A stretch of 64,000 nucleotides of DNA from a virus (Duplodnaviria > Caudoviricetes): positions 16,971 through 80,970 of IMG/VR virus record IMGVR_UViG_2740892469_000001; one strand, written 5' to 3'. Shown here piece after piece: positions 1 through 9,842 of this stretch. Under the pieces are notes generated by a model, which was not told where the DNA came from, made no database searches, and worked only from the letters and a program-made list of their open reading frames with translations. How positions within the stretch are numbered: position 1 is the stretch's first letter; each line of letters starts with the position of its first letter. A program made the translations under genes and the position numbers.

Positions 1-1067
1 CCAGCCGCAACGTAGCGGATGATGGATTGCTCCAAGGCCGCGAATCCGTTATCGGCGTTCCCTGCGCTGTGCAGGTTGATTTTGTCACCTGGCATAAGGT
101 GAGGCAGTTTGACGCCGTTGAACTTGACCTCGTTGTTGGCGTAGTAATCGCCGTAGGTCATTAGCATCTTTTCGACCGCACCATTTTGCTGCGCACCGAA
201 CAAGTACTCCATCGCTTGGTCCGTTCCAAGCTCTGACTCGATACTGGCGGCGTACATGGCGTTGACAATCGCTCGCTGTAACGTGGTGTTCTGTAAGGTG
301 TCGAGCATCTTCAATTGCTCTAAACACGATAAGAACTTATTCACGCCACGACATTGCCCACCTTCCGATGGCTCAAAGATATGCAAGAACCCCATGCGCC
401 CCGAGCGTAAACGCTTCGGTACTTCACGCCATTTCTTTGGCGAGCCAAAGTTATCGGCCCCTTCTTCAATGAAGTAGGAAATGGCTTCGCCATGTCGATT
501 GAAGCGCATCCCACCACGCTGATGGGGTTTGTCCATCATGTAGTTGGGGTTGTTAACCTTGCGTGGCGCGACCATGCGAATGCAGGTTGAAAAGTGCGAA
601 TGGCGACGGTCTATCCATTCGGGCTTCGCCATGATTTCGCCTGTGTGAGCATGGGTTTCAATGCCCTCTCGCATCATCATGGTGAACGTGCGGCGACCTT
701 CTGCGTCGATAAAGCAGTTCGGGTCTTCGGCGATGTCACGAAAAATGGCTTCCACTTCACGCACGAACCCTTTGTCTGGATCGATGCCGAGCAATAGCCA
801 GTTTGGTTTGTAACTGAGGCGAAACTCAGAGCCAATGATGTGGTCTTTGTGTAGCTGGATGCCGTTTGCAGCAATACCGTTATTGCGCGTGACATCGTCT
901 GTTCTGGCGTTCGCCTGTCTCATGACAGGCAAGAAAGCAGCGTCTACCGATTTTGACGGAGGGTTCCAATCGCTCATCTGGCCACCAAACCCTGAACCGC
1001 CAGCTCGATACACCGCATCTCTTAATGGTGTTTGACCATCTGCAGCCAGTAGTCCGGTGTGTGTCAT
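1..1067 (-). CDS. Portal protein (mirror copy, truncated by window edge)
   Basis: Mirror of 45964-47030. Confidence 0.9.
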   Translation of the reverse strand, partial: MTHTGLLAADGQTPLRDAVYRAGGSGFGGQMSDWNPPSKSVDAAFLPVMRQANARTDDVTRNNGIAANGIQLHKDHIIGSEFRLSYKPNWLLLGIDPDKGFVREVEAIFRDIAEDPNCFIDAEGRRTFTMMMREGIETHAHTGEIMAKPEWIDRRHSHFSTCIRMVAPRKVNNPNYMMDKPHQRGGMRFNRHGEAISYFIEEGADNFGSPKKWREVPKRLRSGRMGFLHIFEPSEGGQCRGVNKFLSCLEQLKMLDTLQNTTLQRAIVNAMYAASIESELGTDQAMEYLFGAQQNGAVEKMLMTYGDYYANNEVKFNGVKLPHLMPGDKINLHSAGNADNGFAALEQSIIRYVAA

Positions 1068-1276
1068 TAGAATGAAACTCCTGCAGGGCCGCGACGACGA
1101 ACTGAGCTCAATCCTAACTGTCCACGCAAATCATCAATGTAGGCGCGAAGTTCATGGATGTTGGCTCGACTGTATTCAACTTTGCGGTCTCCTTTCTGTA
1201 CGGAAACCGCCATCTTTCCTGTTTGCAAGCTATGAAAGGCGGCTTCGGCCTGTTGCAACATTTCTTGTTTTGTCAT
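1067..1276 (-). CDS. gpW head-tail joining protein (mirror copy)
   Basis: Mirror of 45755-45964. Confidence 0.88.
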   Translation of the reverse strand: MTKQEMLQQAEAAFHSLQTGKMAVSVQKGDRKVEYSRANIHELRAYIDDLRGQLGLSSVRRRGPAGVSF

Positions 1277-3261
1277 CTTGATCCACCTTTCAATCTCGCG
1301 GCTAACTCAGCGATGCTGAGACCGGATGTTTGTGGTTGTTCTTGAGGTTGTTGGGGTTGCGGCTCTTCCAGTTCGAGACCGAACCGTTGAGTGAGAATGT
1401 TGAGTGCCGCATACGCATACACCCATCCGTCTAACGCTTCATCAAATGGGTGGTATTGCTTCACCCATCGCCAAACTTGTCGCCCTGACTTGTCATGTTC
1501 CAACTTTTTATTGGCTGAGCAGAGCTGCTTGAAAAACTCATCACCGGCTATGTCATCATCCAATGGAAAGTGAACACATCCAGGCACAGGTTCATCACCT
1601 TTCGGGGTTAAACCTAAACGGCTGTAAAGTCGTTGCTTGATACCGTCGGTACCTAGCCTAGTGAGGTAGACTTTTTTGTTGTTTTTCTTGCGAGGGAAGT
1701 TTTGTATCGGCTTGCCGTATTGGTTCTCACCTTGGATTGGGATCACCCACATCACGCCGTGCGTTCGACTCATCTGGTAAACGTCATCGGTTTTATGGCC
1801 CATGGCGTCCCAACACCAAAGCTGAACGTCCATCACTTGGCCACTGCGCTTTTTGTAGGTCCGATACAGCGCTTTTCCAGCGGCATCCTTTAATACTTGG
1901 CTCGATAAATCCCCGAGAAGAACGATGTGCTCGACAAGCCAACATTCTTCACCTGGTCCCCACGCCCACACAAAGAGTTCGATGCGGTCATCCTGAGTAT
2001 CAATGCCTCCGGTCAAAACCACGGCTCGCTCAGGTACTGGGTTACTGGTGCGACTCTCTGCCCACCATATTTCACGGCGCGACTTGAGATGCTCCCAATC
2101 CAGCTTCTCTCCGTTCTCACCATCCCAAAGCTCACCGAGCGTTAGATTGACGAACGTTTTGAGCTGACTTGGGTCGTCTTTCTTGTTGAGGAAGTCACGC
2201 ACTATGCCGCGCCAACCTGCACTCAATTTGGTGTTGTATCCTGACCAAATGTGAATACCGACGCTGCTTGGCGTTGGCGCTGGGTTGTCGTCTATATCAA
2301 AGAACTCATGGCCATCGCGTGTCCATGTGCCATCTTCGGCAATCCAACGACCTGCAAGCTCCATCTTGTAGAGGTGCTTGTAGTAGATAGGGTCGTCACA
2401 ATGCACGCAGCTGTAATAAACTGTCTTTGATTTTTTCTCGATACTTGGCTGAGTGTTGTCCCACTTGAAGCCATGTTTATCTTCTTTACTGCCCCACTCC
2501 AAAACCTGCTCGGTTCCGCAGTGTGGGCATGGCAGATAAAAGCGGAAAGTCAGCTCCATCTTTGCCATTAGGCGTTCAACGTGCGACTCGCCTGTATTGG
2601 TTGGTGTGGTTCCCCACCTTGCCATCGGGAAAGCGGCGCCTTCCAAACGCATTCGCGCAAGATCGATAGGGTTACCTTCTTTACCGACTTCCCAATCCCA
2701 TCCGTCAATCTCATCACCGAACAACGCGCCTTTAGTCAGAGCACGCATGTTTCGCGGTGTGGATGTGCCGAGGACATGCAGCGACCAGCCTGTTCCCTGT
2801 TTGTAGGAAACGGTGTTTCGGTGGTCCTTAGCGAATAAGGCTGGGAAGATTTGGTGCATGATTGGCATTTCCTGCCAAGCAGCATCAATCTCGGTGACAG
2901 AGATGTTTTTTGCGTCGTTCTCTGTCGGTACGTAAATCACGGTGTTGGTTTTGAACTGAGCATGCAGACAAGAGTTTGCTGCTATGACCAACTTGGACCA
3001 GCCAACACGAGCCGACTTTTGCATGGTCAGCTCGGATATAGCGCGGTTGCACATCATGTTGAGTGGCACAACCTGCAAAGGCAGTGTTTCCCAAAAGCCT
3101 TCTTCCTGAGAAGAACCAGCAGCTAACCGGAAATGCTTATTGGCCCACTCCGCTCCCTTGATTGCGATTGTTCTCCTCATCCCCATCAAGCCACGACGGA
3201 CTTTCGTCTGGATCGCTGTCAATGTAATCGGAGAGGTTTGGTTGAACATCGGCACACTCAT
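1273..3261 (-). CDS. terL: Terminase large subunit, lambda gpA type (mirror copy)
   Basis: Mirror of 43770-45758. Confidence 0.93.
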   Translation of the reverse strand: MSVPMFNQTSPITLTAIQTKVRRGLMGMRRTIAIKGAEWANKHFRLAAGSSQEEGFWETLPLQVVPLNMMCNRAISELTMQKSARVGWSKLVIAANSCLHAQFKTNTVIYVPTENDAKNISVTEIDAAWQEMPIMHQIFPALFAKDHRNTVSYKQGTGWSLHVLGTSTPRNMRALTKGALFGDEIDGWDWEVGKEGNPIDLARMRLEGAAFPMARWGTTPTNTGESHVERLMAKMELTFRFYLPCPHCGTEQVLEWGSKEDKHGFKWDNTQPSIEKKSKTVYYSCVHCDDPIYYKHLYKMELAGRWIAEDGTWTRDGHEFFDIDDNPAPTPSSVGIHIWSGYNTKLSAGWRGIVRDFLNKKDDPSQLKTFVNLTLGELWDGENGEKLDWEHLKSRREIWWAESRTSNPVPERAVVLTGGIDTQDDRIELFVWAWGPGEECWLVEHIVLLGDLSSQVLKDAAGKALYRTYKKRSGQVMDVQLWCWDAMGHKTDDVYQMSRTHGVMWVIPIQGENQYGKPIQNFPRKKNNKKVYLTRLGTDGIKQRLYSRLGLTPKGDEPVPGCVHFPLDDDIAGDEFFKQLCSANKKLEHDKSGRQVWRWVKQYHPFDEALDGWVYAYAALNILTQRFGLELEEPQPQQPQEQPQTSGLSIAELAARLKGGSR

Positions 3262-3739
3262 TTAATACAGCAGCAATCACGGCCTCTAAAACTTCCACCG
3301 CTTCGGGTGGCATGTCGGGCCATGCGTTCTTTAGTTTCGGAAGGAGGGTGTCGAGGCGTGTGCCCACTCTGGCGCATACCTGTTCTAAGGTATCGACGAT
3401 GATGTCTATTGGTGCGTAACTTTTTTCAAACAGTACGCGCTTGGCTTTTAGCATCGCCAACTTTTCGCGCCGTTCCTCTATCTTGAGATCGCGCTCTAAT
3501 TTCGCAAACGCTTCCTCATCTTCTTGCTCGGTTTCCGGTTTTGAATCGGAGGCTTTTGATTGCGATTTATAGGTAATGTAAGCATGGATACACGCAAGAG
3601 GATCGATACCATTTCGCCCTTTGGCGACAGGCAGAACCCCTTGTTGCGTAAGGTTTCGGACCTGTCTAGATGAAATGCCAAGAAGCGTCGCTATGTCCAA
3701 CTGCGTGAACTTTTTGCTCGGGTTGAATAGTTCGCTCAT
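3137..3739 (-). CDS. terS: Terminase small subunit (mirror copy)
   Basis: Mirror of 43292-43894. Confidence 0.85.
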   Translation of the reverse strand: MSELFNPSKKFTQLDIATLLGISSRQVRNLTQQGVLPVAKGRNGIDPLACIHAYITYKSQSKASDSKPETEQEDEEAFAKLERDLKIEERREKLAMLKAKRVLFEKSYAPIDIIVDTLEQVCARVGTRLDTLLPKLKNAWPDMPPEAVEVLEAVIAAVLNECADVQPNLSDYIDSDPDESPSWLDGDEENNRNQGSGVGQ

Positions 3740-3803
3740 TCATGGTTTTTGACCGGAAACCGGAAACCTCCAAAATAAAAAAAATTTTTAACGAGAGCTT
3801 TTC

Positions 3804-3849
3804 TGCGAGGTCGAGCCCCCGTGGTCGCTCAGGGTGCCCAGAAGGACCC
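3804..3849 (-). other. cosQ/cosN packaging site (mirror copy)
   Basis: Mirror of 43182-43227. Confidence 0.8.
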
Positions 3850-3951
3850 GTTCCAATTGAGCCGCGCGCTGCATTGTTCCTCGCTCAAACTCGTGCCAAG
3901 CTTTCTTTCGACTGCGCCGATTACGCTTAGCGTCTGGCTTGAGCACATACA

Positions 3952-4143
3952 TCACGCCACCTCGTTCTGAGTCGTGGTCGTTTGCTTCGCTGCTTGAATC
4001 GCTTTGATGTTCGCCTCTTCAAGTAGCTGCTTCGCCTCTTCCATTAGCTGAGGGTTACATGTGTCTTGATTGGTCATCATCTTCTCCAATGCTTGGCATT
4101 GCGTATTCATGACAGACTCGAACATCGATACTGATTGGCACAT
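3952..4143 (-). CDS. Hypothetical protein, 63 aa (mirror copy)
   Basis: Mirror of 42888-43079. Confidence 0.55.
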   Translation of the reverse strand: MCQSVSMFESVMNTQCQALEKMMTNQDTCNPQLMEEAKQLLEEANIKAIQAAKQTTTTQNEVA

Positions 4144-4168
4144 AGCGTGGTCTCACTCTTTGATTGAT

Positions 4169-4256
4169 TGGCGGAGAAAGAGGGATTCGAACCCTCGGTG
4201 CGTTGCCGCACATTCCCTTAGCAGGGGAACACCATCGGCCTCTCGGTCACTTCTCC
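4169..4256 (-). tRNA. tRNA-Ser(GCT) (mirror copy)
   Basis: Mirror of 42775-42862. Confidence 0.93.
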
Positions 4257-4628
4257 TTTATTGCTCAACACTCTCACCGAGAACGTTCAGCAATAAAGCG
4301 TCGAATGGTTGTTCACAATCCAGTGCGCCACCTAAACAACTATCGACTTTTCCTTTGTATGGCTCGGGTTTGTCACGGTCTGGTGGATTGTCCATACCGT
4401 GACTGTCATGAGTTTGGTTTCCGTGACGCTCGTCTAGCCTGCCCGTTCAGTTGTCGTCACCCGCCCACTTGGGAGTTAACAATGCATAAGCTCTCCTTGA
4501 TAGAATCAATACAAAAACAGTTGTGGTAACTCATTGCTTAAAACTCTCGTAAAAGTCCTAACCAATGAATAAAGCCAGCAATCGCTGGCTTTAATGGGAG
4601 ATAGTAAGTACGCAATCAATCAGTCACG

Positions 4629-4931
4629 CTACTTGTCTACCTGTTTGTCTTGGTACCACTGTTTAATCTTGTCGGGTCTAACCGCGCACTTATCAAACTC
4701 AATACTCCAAGTGATATCGCGAGTGTATGACTCATCTTGGCTGTGAGTCTTCATCGCCTCTTCAAATGGTGGGATGCATGGAGCAAGCAAGGCAGGTGGC
4801 GGAAGCATCGGAACATATTCAATCTTGTACAGCACTTCCCTTTCTGGAGTCGTAATACTGCTGCATCCGCTCAGCGATGCCAGGACTAAAGCGCTCGTCA
4901 CAGCCACTATTAAAATCCGTTGCTTCTTCAT
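4629..4931 (-). CDS. Rz1: o-spanin, Rz1-like lipoprotein (mirror copy)
   Basis: Mirror of 42100-42402. Confidence 0.8.
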   Translation of the reverse strand: MKKQRILIVAVTSALVLASLSGCSSITTPEREVLYKIEYVPMLPPPALLAPCIPPFEEAMKTHSQDESYTRDITWSIEFDKCAVRPDKIKQWYQDKQVDK

Positions 4932-5244
4932 CGAGTATCTTCCCTAATTCAAATAGTGTGGTCTCAAGCTTTGTGTCCATGGACACATTGAACTTTCGCA
5001 TCCACTCATCGGCCACTTGCGCGTCCACCAATTGCTTATTGAGCGACTTAATCGTCTCGTTCTGCGATGTGTTAAAAGCAATCGCAACATCTAACTTTGC
5101 CCTCTCGGCAGCGAGTTCTGAGGAAGCTTGGCTCAAAGCTTCTCGCGCCTTTTGCGTTTGGCTATCACTGATAAACAGCAGTCCAACCAACACCGCAATA
5201 ACAATTAAAGGGCCAACGCCTATGAACTTTCTAATCCATGACAT
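4819..5244 (-). CDS. Rz: i-spanin, Rz-like (mirror copy)
   Basis: Mirror of 41787-42212. Confidence 0.8.
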   Translation of the reverse strand: MSWIRKFIGVGPLIVIAVLVGLLFISDSQTQKAREALSQASSELAAERAKLDVAIAFNTSQNETIKSLNKQLVDAQVADEWMRKFNVSMDTKLETTLFELGKILDEEATDFNSGCDERFSPGIAERMQQYYDSRKGSAVQD

Positions 5245-5876
5245 AGATTGGCCTCCACCTCTCTACGGTTGATTAAGCCTTTCAGTTTCTGACCACCTGC
5301 ATAAACCCAATACTTCAGCTCATTGCATGCGCCAGTAAACCAGCCCTGCTTAATCTTGTGGTAAATGCGTGTCTCGCTACCATCACGGTTGTGCTTGAAT
5401 CGCGTGCAACCCGTGTTAAATATGAACGATGTGAAAGCATCAACTTGGCCCTGGCTCATCGAAGCCACATCACCGGATGACGCGAGACAATTCTGTGCAG
5501 CGATGATATTTCGAGTCCAATCAATGGCTATCTGTTCATCGCTCTTAATTCCGTCAGTAACACCGTGCGTGTTACCAATACCATCGGTTTTTAACCCTGC
5601 TGGGCAGGTGTAAGGGCTTCGTCTGCATCCTTCCGCATTACCGATAACCTCCAGTGCCTTGGGCGAGACAATCAGCTCGCCAACCTCAACACCGCCAATC
5701 TCAACCAGACCAATTCGTTCCCAATCATCAACAGGGCGAACATCCTGACTAATCGCATCATATTGCGCAGTTGGCTCAACACTGGCTGAGAGTTTGGAAT
5801 CATCCTTTACAGCGCCACCAACGATCACGCCGATAACGGCCATGACGGAACAAACGATTTTCTTAGTGTGCTGCAT
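5220..5876 (-). CDS. Endolysin, GH24 lysozyme (mirror copy)
   Basis: Mirror of 41155-41811. Confidence 0.9.
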   Translation of the reverse strand: MQHTKKIVCSVMAVIGVIVGGAVKDDSKLSASVEPTAQYDAISQDVRPVDDWERIGLVEIGGVEVGELIVSPKALEVIGNAEGCRRSPYTCPAGLKTDGIGNTHGVTDGIKSDEQIAIDWTRNIIAAQNCLASSGDVASMSQGQVDAFTSFIFNTGCTRFKHNRDGSETRIYHKIKQGWFTGACNELKYWVYAGGQKLKGLINRREVEANLCHGLESS

Positions 5877-6157
5877 TAAGTCTCATCCTCTCCTGTCAAT
5901 TGCATCAATTGCGCTTCACGCTTCAGTTCGAATTCCTTTTTTCGGAAGACGAAGTTCACCGTATTCGTAATGACAAAGGTCAGAATGGTACAAGTGATAC
6001 CTACTATCATTGACAGCTCACTCCAACCTAGAGCGCCCATCGCAGCAGTAAAGCTACCAATCGCCGCAGTGATACGGTCACCCTTGGCGACTATGAATGC
6101 GATAAGCGCCGCTGCTAGAGCAGAAAGCGCCCAACGCTTGTGTTTTTTCTCTAGCAT
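5876..6157 (-). CDS. Holin (mirror copy)
   Basis: Mirror of 40874-41155. Confidence 0.75.
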   Translation of the reverse strand: MLEKKHKRWALSALAAALIAFIVAKGDRITAAIGSFTAAMGALGWSELSMIVGITCTILTFVITNTVNFVFRKKEFELKREAQLMQLTGEDET

Positions 6158-6361
6158 AAATAAAAAAGGCGCATTACTGCGCCCATCTCCAGGTATAAAA
6201 AAGCCCCGCACGAAGGCGAGGCTATAAAATAAATTGTTGCGAGATACAAAAACCGCATGTTAGGTAAACGATATACCAACAACCCCACCTTTGCAACTAT
6301 ATGTTGTGTTAAATTTGCTCAATTTGTACATATATTGATATTTCAAGTGTTCAGCTATTCG

Positions 6362-6628
6362 TTATCGGTAATATTTATAGTCTCGGTTCCACCCTTTATA
6401 GCTACCTTTAATCTCATGCAAGGCCAGTGGCCACAACAACCAATAAATAACCGTTATTTGTAGGGCTTGAAATGCAGTGCCCTTACGCACTGTTCTTCCG
6501 TAGTCAGACATAACAAGACCAAAGCAACCAATAAGCGAAACTACGTTACCAATGCACAGATAGAACACCAACCAACCAAAAACCTCATTAAGTGTTGGTA
6601 CAGTGATGAGTATTTGCGTTGTTTCCAT
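6362..6628 (-). CDS. Small membrane protein (mirror copy)
   Basis: Mirror of 40403-40669. Confidence 0.65.
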   Translation of the reverse strand: METTQILITVPTLNEVFGWLVFYLCIGNVVSLIGCFGLVMSDYGRTVRKGTAFQALQITVIYWLLWPLALHEIKGSYKGWNRDYKYYR

Positions 6629-6798
6629 CACTCTTCCTCATCATCTGGCATGCAGTTGTGGCAGGTGTGCTGTCCGCTATGCCATTCACCACAATCACCC
6701 CAATGGAAGGTGTTATTGCAACTCTTACAAGCGCCCATTTCAGACAAGTCGACTGGTTCGTCACACACGCAGCAGTCTCCACAATATTCAAGCGTCAT
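6628..6798 (-). CDS. PHD-like zinc-finger microprotein (mirror copy)
   Basis: Mirror of 40233-40403. Confidence 0.65.
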   Translation of the reverse strand: MTLEYCGDCCVCDEPVDLSEMGACKSCNNTFHWGDCGEWHSGQHTCHNCMPDDEEE

Positions 6799-7207
6799 GG
6801 CTATTCTCCGGTAATAATCGTTCTAAACCTTTTCCGAAGTTGATGATCATGCTTAATCGGTTATCAACTTCACCAGTTACTCTTGCTTTTTCGATAGATT
6901 CTTGGACTTCATTCCACTCAAGGGTTTTAATTTCTTCAAATGAGAAGTGCATCAAACCAACGCTAAGATTTTGCAGTTCCTTTTCGCACTTAGTGATCTT
7001 TTCGGCGTTCTTACCTTTAGAGTCCTCTTTATCGTCCCAACCGCAAAAAATGGCGACGCCTTTAAGTGCTAATGAGGCTAGGGCAATAATTGCAATTGAT
7101 AGATAAATAACAATAGGCCCATTCTTACTAACTAATGGGTAGTAAATGAAGATAACCAAAGGCAAGGTCATCAGAACTCCGATTACCTTCTTTCTGCAAA
7201 TTTTCAT
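6788..7207 (-). CDS. Membrane protein, 139 aa (mirror copy)
   Basis: Mirror of 39824-40243. Confidence 0.65.
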   Translation of the reverse strand: MKICRKKVIGVLMTLPLVIFIYYPLVSKNGPIVIYLSIAIIALASLALKGVAIFCGWDDKEDSKGKNAEKITKCEKELQNLSVGLMHFSFEEIKTLEWNEVQESIEKARVTGEVDNRLSMIINFGKGLERLLPENSHDA

Positions 7208-7398
7208 TACAAGACATCGCCTCTGACCAAAACCACGCCATGTTCAGAAGCAAGCGCACCAGTAACCACCGAGCCATCTTGCGTTCTAACCAGACCAAAA
7301 GACTCTGCTGCTTGAATCGCCTCTCTAAGAAGTATCGCAGCCTCTTGTACCGTTTTGATTTCGTTAGATTCCGTGTTATTGACTAAATCTTTGCTCAT
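7207..7398 (-). CDS. Hypothetical protein, 63 aa (mirror copy)
   Basis: Mirror of 39633-39824. Confidence 0.7.
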   Translation of the reverse strand: MSKDLVNNTESNEIKTVQEAAILLREAIQAAESFGLVRTQDGSVVTGALASEHGVVLVRGDVL

Positions 7399-7469
7399 TA
7401 TTCAATCCTTAAGCGGCTCGCAAGAGCCGCTATCATCATCGCCAAACAGTATTAGCGAAGCTTTATTTG

Positions 7470-7793
7470 TTAATCACGCTTAAAGCCACCACAAATAGGC
7501 AAAAACTCAAGCATGGATTCCATTTGATTAGTGCGTTCTGAGAAATAACGGTGATTTTGGTATTCGTCAGTCTTCACGTACTCGGTTAGAATTTCGTGCA
7601 TCTTCAGCGCTTCTTCTTCCGTGAACCATTCACCAACAAAACCTTCATGCTCGTATTTAATCGTGCCTCTATCGGTGTATTCCGCCTCAACCATTTTGCA
7701 AAGTGGCGTCTCCACAAACAAAGCATTCCAAAAGCCGTTAGGCTTACCTAGCTCTAAAGCCTCTTTGTTTCTCGGGATGATATTAAAAGCCAT
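7470..7793 (-). CDS. Hypothetical protein, 107 aa (mirror copy)
   Basis: Mirror of 39238-39561. Confidence 0.75.
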   Translation of the reverse strand: MAFNIIPRNKEALELGKPNGFWNALFVETPLCKMVEAEYTDRGTIKYEHEGFVGEWFTEEEALKMHEILTEYVKTDEYQNHRYFSERTNQMESMLEFLPICGGFKRD

Positions 7794-7802
7794 TGTCTTT
7801 CC

Positions 7803-8168
7803 TTACTTTCCAATTCTTGGTTGAGATGCAGGCCCTTGGTCTTTGCCTAACTTAGACATCACCACAAAAGACTGACGTTGAAGCGCTTCAACTAGCATAA
7901 GTAGGCCGAGGATTTGGAAGTTGTTATTCTTCACCGTTTGCGCTTCGAACGACATATCTTCGGCAATATTGAGTGACTTACTCATGATCTCGCCACGCAG
8001 CTTTTCAGCCAGTTCTTCTAACTTCCAACCGTGATGATTGTCGCGGCTCATTAGGATAGGGTGATCTTTTGCAACGGCGACTTGGGATTGCGCTTCTTCA
8101 ATGATGTGGCTAACGTCACTCACTTCCAAACCTGCATCTTCAATCATCTTTACTAATTTCGGGTTCAT
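7803..8168 (-). CDS. Hypothetical protein, 121 aa (mirror copy)
   Basis: Mirror of 38863-39228. Confidence 0.75.
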   Translation of the reverse strand: MNPKLVKMIEDAGLEVSDVSHIIEEAQSQVAVAKDHPILMSRDNHHGWKLEELAEKLRGEIMSKSLNIAEDMSFEAQTVKNNNFQILGLLMLVEALQRQSFVVMSKLGKDQGPASQPRIGK

Positions 8169-8172
8169 AATC

Positions 8173-8421
8173 TCAATCCTCGTAGTCTTCTTCTTCAATT
8201 AAAGGCTCGCCACTCTCACACCAATAAAACTGGCCAACATCCTCTTTTATGATTCCGCGATCAATAAGTTCGTCTTTCATTACTTTGAACAATTCATCTT
8301 GCGCAGCTTTCTCAGTCAGCGCTTGAGAGAAAGACGCCATTTCTACCTCGCAGCGCTTTCCCTCGATTTCAATAAACTTTCCAACTCTTAGGTTTTCCAC
8401 AACTTGAATAGTTGTTGCCAT
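8173..8421 (-). CDS. Hypothetical protein, 82 aa (mirror copy)
   Basis: Mirror of 38610-38858. Confidence 0.75.
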   Translation of the reverse strand: MATTIQVVENLRVGKFIEIEGKRCEVEMASFSQALTEKAAQDELFKVMKDELIDRGIIKEDVGQFYWCESGEPLIEEEDYED

Positions 8422-8424
8422 AAT

Positions 8425-8796
8425 TCAATCCTTAATCGGCTCGTAGTAGCCGTTGTAATCGTGTTCGCTTAACCAGTGGCGGCGACGTTTCGGTACCTTG
8501 GCGGTTTTCTTCCATTGGTACGGCAGCTCGCGCTTTTCCCACTCCACTGGTAAGCCATCTTTTCTGAGGTGAACCTTGCAAGTAATGCCAAGCCAAGTGA
8601 CCAAATAGAAATCGCCCTTGTCGATGGCGTTTGTGCTTGCACCTAAATTCTTAGCGAGGTAGGGGATAAGGGTTTCATCAACATCATGGCCGATAAGAAA
8701 AGGCTTCTTAACGCCATAAAGACGAAAGTAGACGTTGCCACTTTCAGAGCGCTAGAAGGTGCTGATTCTTCCTTTCAAACCCTCTGGCGAACTCAT
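8425..8796 (-). pseudogene. ORF interrupted by in-frame TAG (mirror copy)
   Basis: Mirror of 38235-38606; the TAG is present in this arm too. Confidence 0.6.
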
Positions 8797-9137
8797 CACG
8801 CCACCTTCTCGTCTGCGACCAAATCAAAATGCACTTGCGTGACTGGTTCGCGGTCTTCAATGAATCGGCGGTAACAGCGGCGCAGTTCGGCCTTTAAATC
8901 TTCAACGGTATTAAAGCCATCAAGCCTTGCGTCATTCAGCTCCAAATCCGAAAGCAGGCAGCGGTTTACATACCAAATGTTAATGGTCTTCTTTTGGTCC
9001 GTTTCAACGTTCACCAATTCGCAAAGACCAGGCGCAATATCCTTATGGCCAAGTCGCACCGAAGTGAGCTTGCGGCCCTTTAATGCCAATTCAAAATTGG
9101 CATTCGTTAATTTGAGCTCAGGGAGAGCGTTACTCAT
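8796..9137 (-). CDS. ASCH-domain protein (mirror copy)
   Basis: Mirror of 37894-38235. Confidence 0.8.
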   Translation of the reverse strand: MSNALPELKLTNANFELALKGRKLTSVRLGHKDIAPGLCELVNVETDQKKTINIWYVNRCLLSDLELNDARLDGFNTVEDLKAELRRCYRRFIEDREPVTQVHFDLVADEKVA

Positions 9138-9315
9138 TGTCATATCCATCTGATTCACCATCGTAATAAATGGTGCTAACTGGCTCTGGCACGGGTGCCG
9201 TTCGCCACGTTGGCAGGTTTTTATCCAACCAATCCATGGCATCGGCTTGAGACTTCACCACCTTTCGATGGTGAGTCATCACATAAGCGATAAGTTGGTT
9301 GGAATCCGATTGCAT
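9130..9315 (-). CDS. Hypothetical protein, 61 aa (mirror copy)
   Basis: Mirror of 37716-37901. Confidence 0.65.
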   Translation of the reverse strand: MQSDSNQLIAYVMTHHRKVVKSQADAMDWLDKNLPTWRTAPVPEPVSTIYYDGESDGYDNE

Positions 9316-9335
9316 TGATATTCCTTTGTCTTTCG

Positions 9336-9842
9336 TCAGAACGGGATATCGTCGTCGAAGTCCATCGGCGGCTCGTTGTACTGCTGCTGTGGCGCTTGTT
9401 GCTGTTGCGGTCCGCGATACTGTTGCTGCTGTTGTTGAGGGTGCTGTGGTTGTTGTGGCTGTCCCCATCCACCTGCGTGTGGGTTTTGAGGGCGATTACC
9501 AAGCATTTGCATCACACCATTAAAACCTTGCACCACCACTTCAGTGGAGTAACGGTCAACGCCGCTTTGGTCTTGCCATTTGCGCGTCTGCAGCTGGCCT
9601 TCAATGTAAACTTGCGAGCCTTTTTTAAGGTACTCACCAGCCACTTCTGCCAACTTTCCAAACAGCACCACACGGTGCCATTCGGTTTTTTCGCGCGGTT
9701 CGCCCGTAGCCTTATCGCGCCATTGGTCGCTTGTGGCGATGGTAATGTTTGCCACTGCGCCGCCGTTTGGCATATAACGAATTTCAGGATCATTGCCTAA
9801 GTTGCCAACTAGGATGACTTTATTGATTCCACGACTTGCCAT
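9336..9842 (-). CDS. ssb: Single-stranded DNA-binding protein (mirror copy)
   Basis: Mirror of 37189-37695. Confidence 0.96.
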   Translation of the reverse strand: MASRGINKVILVGNLGNDPEIRYMPNGGAVANITIATSDQWRDKATGEPREKTEWHRVVLFGKLAEVAGEYLKKGSQVYIEGQLQTRKWQDQSGVDRYSTEVVVQGFNGVMQMLGNRPQNPHAGGWGQPQQPQHPQQQQQQYRGPQQQQAPQQQYNEPPMDFDDDIPF